Below are positions 52,532-61,995 of a DNA stretch of 64,000 bases, in pieces (within the stretch, counting starts at the first letter, position 1; every line of letters starts with the position of its first letter). This DNA comes from Dehalococcoidia bacterium (GTDB taxonomy: Bacteria > Chloroflexota > Dehalococcoidia > Lucifugimonadales > CAUZJF01), in the NCBI GenBank assembly GCA_965247255.1, contig CBDFGS010000009.1, forward strand, positions 416,964-480,963. Direction: 5' to 3'. The notes beneath the pieces are model-generated. The model saw only the letters and a list, made by a program, of their open reading frames with translations, searched no databases and was not told the DNA's origin. The translations under genes were made by a program, and so were the position numbers.

Positions 52532-53830
52532 TCACGGGCCTACTGACGCCGAGACCTTGTGTACGACGTTGTTCTTCTTGTCGGCCAGGAAGATCTCGCC
52601 CAGATCGTTGACTGCGATGGAAACGAGTTCGCCCACCACTCCGGTATGGACCTGGATCTTGCCGGTTTCATAGCTTGTCTCGCTCTCGCCGGCCACGACC
52701 GTGGTAATAGTGCCAGAAGCTGAGTCTACCTTGCGAACGCGGATGCCGCCTTCAGCGATGAAGATGTTGCCGTCTCGGTCCAGGCTAATCGCGGACGGCG
52801 TGTGCAGCATCGCTTGATTCGCTGGGCCTCCGTCGCCAGCGTAGCCGGCTCCGGTCGCCGCGGCCTTGGATATCGGACCCCAATCCCCACTCATATATGC
52901 AGCGGTCGTTCGTTCGTAGTGCTTTCCAATGCCGGCGACGGTGGTAATGGTGCCGGTGGCCCCGTCCACTTTACGGACGCGGTGGTTGTCGCTATCGGCA
53001 ATGTAGATGGTGCGCTGGCCATCCAGTGCAATGCCCACCGGTTCGGCCAGCTCGGCCTCTGTAGCGGGACCGCCGTCCCCCTTCAATCCACGTTGTCCTG
53101 TTCCGGCTACGGTAACGATTACTCCCGTAGCAGCGTCGACCCGGCGGATGCGGTTATCAGTCGCAATGTACAGGCTCCCTTCGCGGTCTACAGCGACGTA
53201 GTCCGGCGACTTGATAAGGGCCTGTGTTGCAGGCCCACCATCGCCGAAGATATTCTTCCGTGGGTCGCCTATACCTCCGCCTGCCACGGTCGTGATGATG
53301 CCCGTGGTTGCGTCGACCATACGAATCCGGCCGCTGCCGTTCTCCACGATAAACACGTTCCCAAAACCGTCTACTCCTATACTCTTGGGGTCTGCAAGGG
53401 AGGCGTCTGTCGCAGGAGCACCATCGCCATCCGATCGATTCCTTCCCGTACCGGCGAACGTCGTAATGATACCGTTGGTCGCTTCGACCTTGCGTACGCG
53501 ATTGTCCGTGGAGATAAGCAGGTTACCCTTGTCGTCCAGGGCTACGCCGTTGGGCGCAAAGAAGCCCGACTCGGTCGCCGGGCCTCCGTCCCCCTCGAAC
53601 GTAGAGGAGCCGGACCCAGCGTAAGTGGCGATCTCTCTCAGGGCATTCGCAGTATCCGCCCTTGCCGCCAATCGGCCAGCCGGCTCCTGAGCGGGCGGTC
53701 CGACTCCCACAGGATCATCAGCTGCGCCACACGCCGCGACCACCGGGAGCGCCATAAGCAAGGCGAGGAAGGCTAGTAGCGGCCCCGTCCAAGTATCCGG
53801 TAAGAGATGGTAAGCGGCTCTATGGGCCAT
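52532..53830 (-). CDS. NHL-repeat beta-propeller lipoprotein
   Basis: 432 aa with a lipobox-like LPVVAAC. There are at least six repeats of GDGGPAT.A.L..P..IA.D..GN.(Y/F)IAD..N.R(I/V)RKVD..TG.ITTVAG. Confidence 0.8.
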   Translation of the reverse strand: MAHRAAYHLLPDTWTGPLLAFLALLMALPVVAACGAADDPVGVGPPAQEPAGRLAARADTANALREIATYAGSGSSTFEGDGGPATESGFFAPNGVALDDKGNLLISTDNRVRKVEATNGIITTFAGTGRNRSDGDGAPATDASLADPKSIGVDGFGNVFIVENGSGRIRMVDATTGIITTVAGGGIGDPRKNIFGDGGPATQALIKSPDYVAVDREGSLYIATDNRIRRVDAATGVIVTVAGTGQRGLKGDGGPATEAELAEPVGIALDGQRTIYIADSDNHRVRKVDGATGTITTVAGIGKHYERTTAAYMSGDWGPISKAAATGAGYAGDGGPANQAMLHTPSAISLDRDGNIFIAEGGIRVRKVDSASGTITTVVAGESETSYETGKIQVHTGVVGELVSIAVNDLGEIFLADKKNNVVHKVSASVGP

Positions 53831-54017
53831 TCCGGTGCGTCCTCGCGCGAATCACGGAGCTGAGACTAGGACTAGAGTCCCCAAACCCGCGCAGGTTCCC
53901 TAGTCGCTTGAGTCCCCCTCCCCCACGCGACTCCCTGACCGGGTTCACTTTCTGAGGCCCTTCCCCCTTGGTATCGCCGTCCTTCTCCACATGGACTCGT
54001 CTCGCCCTCGGCCTTAC

Positions 54018-55721
54018 CCCGAATCCACCGAAGGACGTCCTTGGGGACAGCCCTTGAAGAAGCCAGCGGGTGCTCCTCTGAATCTGGGATAATGGTTTTG
54101 GAACAGAAACCCGCCCGGAAACAAGGAGCACCCAATAGATGCTGCCACAGAACAAACCCGACCGTATCCGCATCCTCTTTGACGACCATCGCCTGGTGGC
54201 CAATGCCGGCCTGCTCCTGCCGGCCACCCTAGCCCGGCACCTGGGCCTGCGGGAACTCGTCGACCATCACCTTGACCTCGGCGGAGCGCCGGGACGGGCG
54301 AACACTGGGGACAAGATGCTGACGCTGGTCGCTTCCGCGCTGGCAGGCGGCGACTGCATCGACGACGCCGATGCGCTGCGCGCTGGTGGGACGGTTGGTG
54401 TTCTAGGCTGCGTGGTCAAGGCGCCATCCACCCTGGGGACCTTCCTGCGCAGCTTCCGGTGGGGGCATGTCCGTCAACTCGACCGCGTGAGCCGCCAGTT
54501 GTTGGCCCGGGCCTGGGCCGCTGGGGCCGGACCCGGCGACTCGCCCCTGACCATCGACCTGGACTCGACCATCTGCGAGACCTATGGACTGGCCAAGGAG
54601 GGAGCGCGCCACCACGGCTATACCGGCGCCCGCGGCTATCACCCGCTGCTGGCCATTGCCGCCGGCACCGGCGAGGTGCTGATGTCCCGGCTGCGCGAGG
54701 GCCGGGCCAACACCGCCCGTGGCGCCGCCCACTTCCTGCGTGAGACGGTGGGGCGGGTGCGCTACGGCGGGGCCAGGGGACAACTCACGGTGCGGGCCGA
54801 CAGCGGCTTCTACGCCCACACTGTCGTTGCCGCCTGCCGGGAAATGGATGTCCGCTTCTCTATCACCATCCGCCAGCGCGCCAGGCTGCGGGATCTGATC
54901 GAGGCGATACCAGAGGAGGACTGGACTCCCATTCCCTACTGGATGGACGGCGCCGCCGATGTCGCCGAGACGACTTACACCCCGTTCCAGACCAAGCCGG
55001 ACGCCGCGCCGGTGCGGCTCATTGTCCGGCGGGTGAAGCCGACGCCCGGTTCCCAGCTCGCCCTCTTCGCCAGATACAGCTATCACGCCTTCATCACCGA
55101 CCGCGATGGGGAGACGCTGGAACTGGAGGCCGATCATCGCCGCCACGCCGAGGTCGAGAACGCCATACGCGACCTCAAGTACGGCGTCGGGCTGAACCAC
55201 ATGCCGTCGGCGCGCTTCGCCGCCAACGGCGCCTGGCTGGCGGTCCAGGTGATGGCGCATAACCTGGCCCGCTGGACGGCGCGGATTGGTCTGGGCGAGC
55301 GGACCGTGATCACCAAGACCCTCAGGCGGCGGGTCTTCGCTCTGGTGGGACGGATCACCCGCTCGGCGCGCCGCCTCACTTTGCATCTCCCCCGGCGCTG
55401 GCCTTGGGAAACCCAGTTCACTCGCGCCTTGGCCCGGCTGCAAGCCATTCCGTTCCCGGCCTGACGGCCAGCCTGCAACTGACCCAACGTCCCCGCAATC
55501 TCGCGCCACCCCGGTCGCGAGAGTCCCCTGCTGCGTATCCTCTCGCCTTCCCGCGCATCGCAACTCCCGCATAGGGCCTTAGGGGCCCTGTGCGGCCACT
55601 GAAGACCGCCCGCCGGCCTCCCATCTACCCCAAGACCCCAGGCCATCTCCCCTGTAGCTCCCTCACCCACCCCCTTCCGCTGCCCTCACGCCGTCCATCG
55701 GTGTCCTTCGGTGGATTCGGG
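54018..55721 (+). mobile_element. IS1380-family insertion sequence (1704 bp)
   Basis: Perfect 19-bp terminal inverted repeats: CCCGAATCCACCGAAGGAC at 54018-54036 and its reverse complement at 55703-55721. They are flanked by a 5-bp direct repeat CTTAC (54013-54017 and 55722-55726). A single DDE transposase ORF lies inside. Confidence 0.88.
54139..55464 (+). CDS. IS1380 family DDE transposase
   Basis: 441 aa: LVANAGLLLPATLARHLGL...GGDCIDDADALR...IDLDSTICETYG...GYHPLLA...VRADSGFY...HAEVENAIRDLKYGVGLNHMPS. Confidence 0.88.
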   Translation: MLPQNKPDRIRILFDDHRLVANAGLLLPATLARHLGLRELVDHHLDLGGAPGRANTGDKMLTLVASALAGGDCIDDADALRAGGTVGVLGCVVKAPSTLGTFLRSFRWGHVRQLDRVSRQLLARAWAAGAGPGDSPLTIDLDSTICETYGLAKEGARHHGYTGARGYHPLLAIAAGTGEVLMSRLREGRANTARGAAHFLRETVGRVRYGGARGQLTVRADSGFYAHTVVAACREMDVRFSITIRQRARLRDLIEAIPEEDWTPIPYWMDGAADVAETTYTPFQTKPDAAPVRLIVRRVKPTPGSQLALFARYSYHAFITDRDGETLELEADHRRHAEVENAIRDLKYGVGLNHMPSARFAANGAWLAVQVMAHNLARWTARIGLGERTVITKTLRRRVFALVGRITRSARRLTLHLPRRWPWETQFTRALARLQAIPFPA

Positions 55722-55825
55722 CTTACGCCTTGCTGGACCGAATGCACTAGCGCGTCGAAGTCCTCGTTGCTCAGGCGGTTGATGGGCGAATCCCAAATCG
55801 AATAAGCCACGCTGACGTCCTGTAA

Positions 55826-56037
55826 GGAGTCCCCTCTACATCCCAGGTTCCCTGACCGGGTTCACTTCGGGGCATCCTCCCCGTCAGGCGCTCCCTCGAC
55901 GGTGACCTTAGGCTCACCAGCCTCGAGCTCCGCACGCCGTGCACCCACACTCTCGACCAGGGTTTTCGATTTCCGCATCGAAAGCCGGCCTAACGAACGT
56001 GTCTCTATGGGTGGGCCACATTAATGCGGAGTCCCCA
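55826..56037 (-). repeat. small-ORF repeat unit copy C (degenerate; residual 38-aa ORF at 55862-55978)
   Basis: The minus strand reads INVAHP(frameshift)IETRSLGRLSMRKSKTLVESVGARRAELEAGEPKVTVEGAPDGEDAPK*, followed by TGAACCCGGTCAGGGAACC and GGGGACTCC. Confidence 0.65.
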
Positions 56038-56140
56038 ATCCCGCCTGACTCCCCTGACCGGGTTCACCTTTCGAGCATCGTCCCCGTCATTCGACCACGA
56101 TATCAGGAGCATCGTTAGGATAGCTACCGCCGCGAGCCCT

Positions 56141-56317
56141 TCAATCATCTTCGTCAGGCTCCTCCACCGTGACCTTGCGCTCGCCGGCCTCAAGGGCCGC
56201 ACGCACGCCTTGGGCTACGGCCTCCACGAGTGACGCGAAGTCCTCGTCACGAAGCTGGTTGATGCGCGGAGTCTCTATGTGTGGTTTGACGTTCACTGTA
56301 CTCTCATTAGGCCACAT
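56141..56317 (-). CDS. small-ORF repeat unit copy D (58 aa from the ATG, 51 aa from the GTG)
   Basis: (MWPNEST)VNVKPHIETPRINQLRDEDFASLVEAVAQGVRAALEAGERKVTVEEPDEDD*. The 3' motif GTGAACCCGGTCAGGGG is at 56077-56061 and GGGGACTCC at 56046-56038. Confidence 0.45.
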   Translation of the reverse strand: MWPNESTVNVKPHIETPRINQLRDEDFASLVEAVAQGVRAALEAGERKVTVEEPDEDD

Positions 56318-56319
56318 GC

Positions 56320-56478
56320 CTATAGAGCGCCCGATAGCTCATAGCTACGTACGCGCGCGTTACCATTCCCGCTTTCATCATTAGCAAGGTCGCGCAGACG
56401 CTTGGTCACCCACTCTTCCGACATTTCAGCGTCGGATGTGAGCTCAGCTAGGGCGTGATCCCTATCGAAGCCGGTCAT
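56320..56478 (-). CDS. 52-aa ORF resembling the C-terminal part of a phage small terminase subunit (tentative)
   Basis: MTGFDRDHALAELTSDAEMSEEWVTKRLRDLANDESGNGNARVRSYELSGAL. The ...ARVR..E/K.L... segment aligns with ARVRALKILARYQ in the 61559-61870 ORF, where it is fused in frame to the copy-D-like part. Confidence 0.3.
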   Translation of the reverse strand: MTGFDRDHALAELTSDAEMSEEWVTKRLRDLANDESGNGNARVRSYELSGAL

Positions 56479-56648
56479 CCATAGTTCCTAACAGGCAGTT
56501 CAGTTAGTCAATACTGTTCGCGTTGTCGCGCTGCGTCTTGCTACCGCTAATGACCACCACCGCGGGCGAAATAGGAGCTCGGCTACGACTCAGCGCTGGC
56601 CACCATAGTCCAGTCGACCGTACCCGATGTTGCGCAGGGAGGCCTCGC

Positions 56649-58556
56649 CTACCAGTAGATCGGTCCCTCCTCTGACACGAATCGCTGAGTCTTGCGCCAG
56701 CGCGTGCTGTTCTCCCGGTAGTGGTCTCGCTGGTAGAACGGGGAAAACCGTCCCGGAGGATCGATGTTGACCACGTCGTTCCCTTTGACCGAGAGAATGT
56801 AGCGTCGCTTCTCTATGTCGACGTTTTTCACCTGCTCACCGATGGGAAACGTGAGCTGCACTTTCTGTGCCGGCACGACAGGCCCCACGGCAACGTAGCG
56901 CCCCTCCACCGCAGTATCGCGGGGCTCTCCGTCCACGGAGCAGGCGGCGTCCTTGGGGTCCACCCACTCGGGAAGGCGTATCTTCAGCTTGCAGGGCTGC
57001 TTGACGTGGACGTCCACCCGTCCCTCGTAGGGGATGTGGCTGTGCACGTCGGCCCAGGAGGAGGGACGGTTGAGGAGCAGGTTCACGCTGAGCTCGCCAT
57101 CGCGGTGAGTGAGCATGTGCTCCCAGACGTAGTAAAGGGCACGTGTGGCGTTCCCCGTGCAGCAGTGCATTATGCCGCTGCCCTGTCCAACGTAGAAATC
57201 GTTGGCCGCCGGCCACCCGGCAAACGAGCCAATATTCCTCTCCGGCACGCGCTCAGTTGTCTCGAACGACTCATCGATCTGCGATTGCCGGACCCGTCGC
57301 CTGGGGAAGACCTGTCCACCCATATGCATGCGATAGATCCAGTCGCCGCGGCGGAGCTGATTTTCGGCGAACTGGTTGCGAATCCATCGGTCTGCGTCGT
57401 CCCAGTAGTCTCCAAGACCGGCGTGACTGAGTTTGAGGGCCAGGCCGATCATACCTGCGACCTCGCACGTCTCGGAGCCCTCGAATTCGGTGTTGTCGAT
57501 GTTCTCGGGGAAGTAGCCGACGGTGAGTTCCCCCTTGTTCTTCGCCCAGTCGAAGGACCGGCGCACGAACTGCGCTATCTCGTCGTCTCCCGCGGCCAGA
57601 GCGTAATCGAGCATGCCCAGCAGCGGGACCATATGGTGTTGGAAATGGGTGAAAGACTTCCCGGGGGTCGGCCCCGGATCAAATGGGAAAGTGTCTCCCA
57701 TGTCTGAGCGCTCGCTCCTGTTCTCTCCGGCATGATTGGGCAGGAATTCACCGTTGGGCCCGTAGTAGACCCCGTGGTGGGCGATATATCGGGCCAGCTT
57801 CCCTGCCAGTTGTCCCGCCGGCTCGTAGCCTGAAGCACGGTAGAAGTGCGACAACCCCTGTGCAGTCCACCCAGCCAGGCTCGACCAGATGCCAATCGGC
57901 ATTTCGGCGAGGCGTGGGCGGGGACCGTCGGGGACAAAGGCGCCTTGTGGAAAGTAGGCGTAGTCGCCCTTATCGATCGCCAGACTGCTGAGCGCTTGCA
58001 CCACTCTCTCGATCTCTGAGCGCCAGGGCCCCTCTGGGTCCCTTAGCATATACAGAGTCATCGCTGAAACGGTCCTGCCGACGAACAAGGGGACGGCGTA
58101 ATGGCTCGCCTCGGGGGCCGGCGCTGACCAATCAGGCTTCTTGGCCCAGGGAAACGCGGGCCAGTAGACCAGGCCGTCTGGTCCGATCATGCGAAGCGCC
58201 GCAGACATCCAGACGGGGTCCACGTGGTCGTTCTGCTGGCTGCCGCTGGCAAGGCGCATGAGCGGGAGCGCCTCCATGAACTTCGTCTGGCAGATGTCCG
58301 CGGGCCCGTGGTTCATCACCGGTGGATTGGCGCTCAAGTCGACTTTGAAGTAGAGCAAGTGGTCTTTATCGGGGTCGGTAGGCCCGGTCAAACCGTTCAC
58401 TGCAAGCGCGCAGCGCTCCTGGATATCGAGCGTGTCCGGGACCATGGCGTCATAGCGCTGGAAGCTGTACTCTGGCACCTCGAACTCTGGGATCTCCTGC
58501 CGAATATGGCTGATCGCCTGGCCTCGTTCCGGTCTTCCTTCAAGTTGACCTTTCAT
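56649..58556 (-). CDS. DUF1680/GH127-like (alpha/alpha)6-barrel protein (tentative)
   Basis: 635 aa. ETCEVAGMIGLALKLSHAGLGDYWDDADRWIRNQ and HCCTGNATRALY resemble the conserved Glu and Cys-Cys motifs of beta-L-arabinofuranosidase-like proteins. By eye only. Confidence 0.5.
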   Translation of the reverse strand: MKGQLEGRPERGQAISHIRQEIPEFEVPEYSFQRYDAMVPDTLDIQERCALAVNGLTGPTDPDKDHLLYFKVDLSANPPVMNHGPADICQTKFMEALPLMRLASGSQQNDHVDPVWMSAALRMIGPDGLVYWPAFPWAKKPDWSAPAPEASHYAVPLFVGRTVSAMTLYMLRDPEGPWRSEIERVVQALSSLAIDKGDYAYFPQGAFVPDGPRPRLAEMPIGIWSSLAGWTAQGLSHFYRASGYEPAGQLAGKLARYIAHHGVYYGPNGEFLPNHAGENRSERSDMGDTFPFDPGPTPGKSFTHFQHHMVPLLGMLDYALAAGDDEIAQFVRRSFDWAKNKGELTVGYFPENIDNTEFEGSETCEVAGMIGLALKLSHAGLGDYWDDADRWIRNQFAENQLRRGDWIYRMHMGGQVFPRRRVRQSQIDESFETTERVPERNIGSFAGWPAANDFYVGQGSGIMHCCTGNATRALYYVWEHMLTHRDGELSVNLLLNRPSSWADVHSHIPYEGRVDVHVKQPCKLKIRLPEWVDPKDAACSVDGEPRDTAVEGRYVAVGPVVPAQKVQLTFPIGEQVKNVDIEKRRYILSVKGNDVVNIDPPGRFSPFYQRDHYRENSTRWRKTQRFVSEEGPIYW

Positions 58557-58839
58557 GAGTTAGCCTCCTCTTTCTTTCGACGCTGGTTATCCTCCGGGCA
58601 GGGACCTTCTAGGGAGGCGTGTGCACAGGAAACTGCTCACGTTCTTCATCGGAGAGGAGTTGCGTAACCTCGAACCCCTGGGCCAGCTCCAGTACGCGTT
58701 TAGCCGCACCTCCCGATTCCTTGCCTACTGTGAAGTCCACGTACCTCCGCTGCACATAGGTATCGATAGCCGGGAACCGTCTGGCGACGTACGAAGATCA
58801 GCCCGAGCGCGGTTGGGGCGGAGCGGTGGCGGTCGCCCC

Positions 58840-59640
58840 TCAGTTCAAGTGGGAGCCGCCGCTGACGTTGAGCGCCTGGCCGGTGATGTTCCGGGCGCGG
58901 TCGGACGCGAGAAAAGCGACCGCGTGGCCGATGTCTTCGGGGGTCTGCTCCCTGCCCAGGGGGATGCTCTCTTTCGCCGTCCGGTCGAATATCTCTCGCT
59001 CGGTCAGGCCTTCGGGGGCATCCCGTAGCATCCGCCTGCGGCTGGCTACACGCTCCCACATCGGTGTCCACAGGAGACCGGGACAGATCGCGTTGACGTT
59101 GATGCTGAACGGAGCAAGGTCCAGGGCGAGCGTCTGCGTCAGGTTGATGACGCCGGCCTTCGACGCCGAGTAGATCTGGCTTGTCGGCGAGCCTAGCCGG
59201 CCCGCCACCGACGCTATGTTCACGATCTTGCCGTAGCGCCGCTGCTTCATGTGGGGGGACACGGCGTTGGCCACCCTGGCGACACCTTTGAGGTTGACGG
59301 AGAAGACCAGGTCCCAGTCCTCCTCGTTCAGAGCTTCGCGCTGTTCCCAGCCCGGCGCGCCGACGACACCGGCGTTGTTGACCAGGATGTCGATGCGTCC
59401 CAGGCGCTCCAAGACGTCGGCGACCATCTTGTCCACGGACGCCTGCTCCGTTACGTCGAGGGAGGTCGCGATGGCGCCGCGTTCCATCTCCTCGATCTCA
59501 GACGCCACGCCCTCAGCGTCCTCCGAGTTGATGTCCGCGACCGCGAGGTCTGCGCCATTCTGGGCGAGGACCATCGCGATGGCCCGTCCTATGCCGCGGC
59601 CTCCGCCTGTTACCAGCGCTACCTTGCCGCTCACGTCCAT
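58840..59640 (-). CDS. SDR family oxidoreductase
   Basis: 266 aa: TGGGRGIGRA, NNAGV, YSASKAG. Confidence 0.9.
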   Translation of the reverse strand: MDVSGKVALVTGGGRGIGRAIAMVLAQNGADLAVADINSEDAEGVASEIEEMERGAIATSLDVTEQASVDKMVADVLERLGRIDILVNNAGVVGAPGWEQREALNEEDWDLVFSVNLKGVARVANAVSPHMKQRRYGKIVNIASVAGRLGSPTSQIYSASKAGVINLTQTLALDLAPFSINVNAICPGLLWTPMWERVASRRRMLRDAPEGLTEREIFDRTAKESIPLGREQTPEDIGHAVAFLASDRARNITGQALNVSGGSHLN

Positions 59641-60139
59641 CCGACAGCGTCCTCCGTGCGTCCGGAAATTGGGGCGCCTATTATATCACGGGCGGCCTCT
59701 GTGGAGACGTGCGAGGAGCCGGCCTAGACCGTGGTAATCGTCTCGGCGAGCGCGAACACGCAGGAGCTGCCAGGACGGCCCATGGCGCGGCGCCAGATGT
59801 CCCTTCGTGCAAGGCTCACCCCCGGTCGCTTTGCCGTCGATGGTAATGCTTGCGCCGTCGGTGAAGAAGATCAGTAAGTAGTTCACCGCTTGGCCATCAA
59901 AGACCGGATCGGGGCCCCTCCAGAATTAAAGGCGCCTGCACCAGGGACCAGGTGGCTATCGCCGTCCCGCGCTCAGTCGTAATGCGCCACCAAGCCGAGC
60001 GGGCCGTCATACACCCCCACCGGGCTCCGTTTCCGTACCTGAAGGCCCAAAACGGCGCCACGAACATCCGTGCGACTTCGCAGCGCATGTTAGCAAAATG
60101 TTTGCAAGATCACTGTCGCCGGATAGATGAAGAAACGGG

Positions 60140-60955
60140 CTAGTACTGGGTCTGCTGGCCCATGGGGGCAAAGGTGTGCGGAGTTACCGTGAGGAGACCG
60201 GCGTCCACCGGCAGCACCACGCCAGTAACCCAGCGGGCCTCGTTGCTGGCCAGATAAAGGGCCGCATATCCGACATCCCAGGCGGTACCATCGGTGGCCA
60301 GGGGTGCTGCATTCTTGCGGCGCTCCCGCCCGGCCGCGTCCAGCCGAGGGGCCACGATGGGGGTGTAGATCAGGCCGGGGGCGATGCAGTTGACCCGGAT
60401 GTTTTCCCTGGCGTGGTCGGCCGCCATGGAGATGGTGAGGCCGATGATCCCGGCCTTGGACGACGTGTAGGCGCTACTGCCGGCGGCCCTCAGCCCAGCG
60501 ATGGAAGATATGTTGACGATGGCACCGCCTCCCCCTTCGATCATCTTGGGAATAGCGGCGCGGCTGGCCAGCATCATGCTTTTCAGGTTAACGGCCATTA
60601 CCCGGTCCCAGTCCTCTTCGGCTACCTCCAGCACCGACCCCCGCATCGCTATCCCCACGTTGTTGTCCAGGATGTCCAGGCGACCGTACCGCTCTACCGC
60701 GGCTTGCACCATGCGGACGCAGTCGCCGGCCTTGGTAACGTCGGCCTGGAAGACAGAGGCTTCACCCTTCGCCTCCTCGATCATGGCTAGGGTTTCCTTA
60801 GCCCGCTCCTTCACCATGTCCACCAACAACACGTTGGCCCCTTCCCGGGCAAACAACACCGCGGTGGCTTTTCCGATGCCGATACCCGCGCCGCTGGACC
60901 CCGCGCCGGTGACGATTGCCACCTTCCCTTCCAGTCTGGGACGTCGTTCCGGCAT
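60140..60955 (-). CDS. SDR family oxidoreductase
   Basis: 271 aa from the ATG at 60955: VTGAGSSGAGIGIGKA, NNVGI, YTSSKAG. Confidence 0.9.
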   Translation of the reverse strand: MPERRPRLEGKVAIVTGAGSSGAGIGIGKATAVLFAREGANVLLVDMVKERAKETLAMIEEAKGEASVFQADVTKAGDCVRMVQAAVERYGRLDILDNNVGIAMRGSVLEVAEEDWDRVMAVNLKSMMLASRAAIPKMIEGGGGAIVNISSIAGLRAAGSSAYTSSKAGIIGLTISMAADHARENIRVNCIAPGLIYTPIVAPRLDAAGRERRKNAAPLATDGTAWDVGYAALYLASNEARWVTGVVLPVDAGLLTVTPHTFAPMGQQTQY

Positions 60956-61143
60956 CGGAATGCACCTCACATTATCTCCAAGTTCTGGGACGCCAGGAGG
61001 ACCACGACCTAGAACTCTATCTTCGCCACCTACTAGATGTCCAATGCTCTCGGGTGAGATTGACATCGTATCAAGTGGTAGATACGCTGGCTCAGTTTTC
61101 CGCGGCGAGAAACAGCGGATATCTTTTGCGGAGGAGGAGCAAG

Positions 61144-61440
61144 ATGGCTAGAGACGCAGTGGCGGTAGCGCCTGATCACTACTCGGTGGTGGAAGATAAC
61201 GACCGCGTCAGAATTCTGGAGTTTCGCGGCGGTCCCGGCACCGTGACCGAGATGCATTCGCATCCCACGATGGTCGTCGTGGCCCTGACCAACGCCAAAG
61301 TCCGCTCCACTCTGCCCGATGGCCAGAGCAGAGAGATGGAGCTGAATTCCGGTACGGTGATGTATCAGGACGCTAAGGACCATGCGACGGAGGTCCTGGG
61401 GAGCTCCGAGACCCGTGTCATACTGATAGAGTTGAAGTAA
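61144..61440 (+). CDS. small cupin-like protein
   Basis: 98 aa, preceded by GGAGGAGGAG: EFRGGPGTVTEMHSHPTMVVVAL...VILIELK. Confidence 0.6.
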   Translation: MARDAVAVAPDHYSVVEDNDRVRILEFRGGPGTVTEMHSHPTMVVVALTNAKVRSTLPDGQSREMELNSGTVMYQDAKDHATEVLGSSETRVILIELK

Positions 61441-61477
61441 GTGCGTATCATCGTGTGGATGTTGCCATCGCGGGACT

Positions 61478-61870
61478 CCAGACCGGGTTCGCGGCTGAGC
61501 GGCTCCCCCTACGCCGCTGCATCCTCGTCTTCCCCAGTGCTCGCGTCGTTTGGGTGCTTCAGCGCCGCGGTGGCGCGCCATCCGCGGTAACCGTAGGCTC
61601 CCTCTCCGCCAATGACTTACGCCTTGCCTCGAAGCTCTCCACAAAGGCGTCGAAATCCTCATTGGAAAGCTTGTTGATGCGGGAATTTTCGATGGAGTGC
61701 GACACGTTGATGTGCTGCCTGTCGACCAGCATGTCTTGGTATCTGGCGAGAATCTTGAGGGCCCTCACTCTAGCTGAAAATGGGCAAGCCGCTTGATCCA
61801 GCGACCCTGACGCGTAACTTCGAGAAGCTGGCCCGACATGCACGTCAGGTTTCACGATCTCCGCCACCAC
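61478..61870 (-). CDS. small-ORF repeat family member F (103-aa ORF at 61559-61870 plus the 3' motif)
   Basis: ...ARVRALKILARYQDMLVDRQHINVSHSIENSRINKLSNEDFDAFVESFEARRKSLAEREPTVTADGAPPRR*. A degenerate 3' motif GCGAACCCGGTCTGG lies at 61492-61478. Confidence 0.45.
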
Positions 61871-61995
61871 CCCGCATAACCCGGCCTTTGGGGGCAGTAT
61901 AGCCGAGGGGGCAAGGGAGAGGGGCTTAGGCGGGGCTGGTAGTAGCTAGGGCTACGTGGCTAGCAGGTGGATAGCGAGGATGCTATTAGGGCGGA

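Larger units (their letters stand above)
53820..55810 (-). pseudogene. small-ORF repeat unit copy B, interrupted by the IS1380-family element
   Basis: GTG at 55810: MAYSIWDSPINRLSNEDFDALVHSVQQGV, then the IS. With the IS and one TSD copy removed, the frame continues RPRARRVHVEKDGDTKGEGPQKVNPVRE... to a stop at 53820, overlapping the NHL start. Confidence 0.6.

Noticed and set aside
50437-56317. Integron cassette array / attC sites as an explanation for the GTGAACCCGGTCAGGG units
   Set aside because: The motif lacks the R''/R' cores (RYYYAAC ... GTTRRRY) and the long imperfect palindrome of attC. No intI gene is in the window. The units contain homologous ORFs rather than diverse cassettes.
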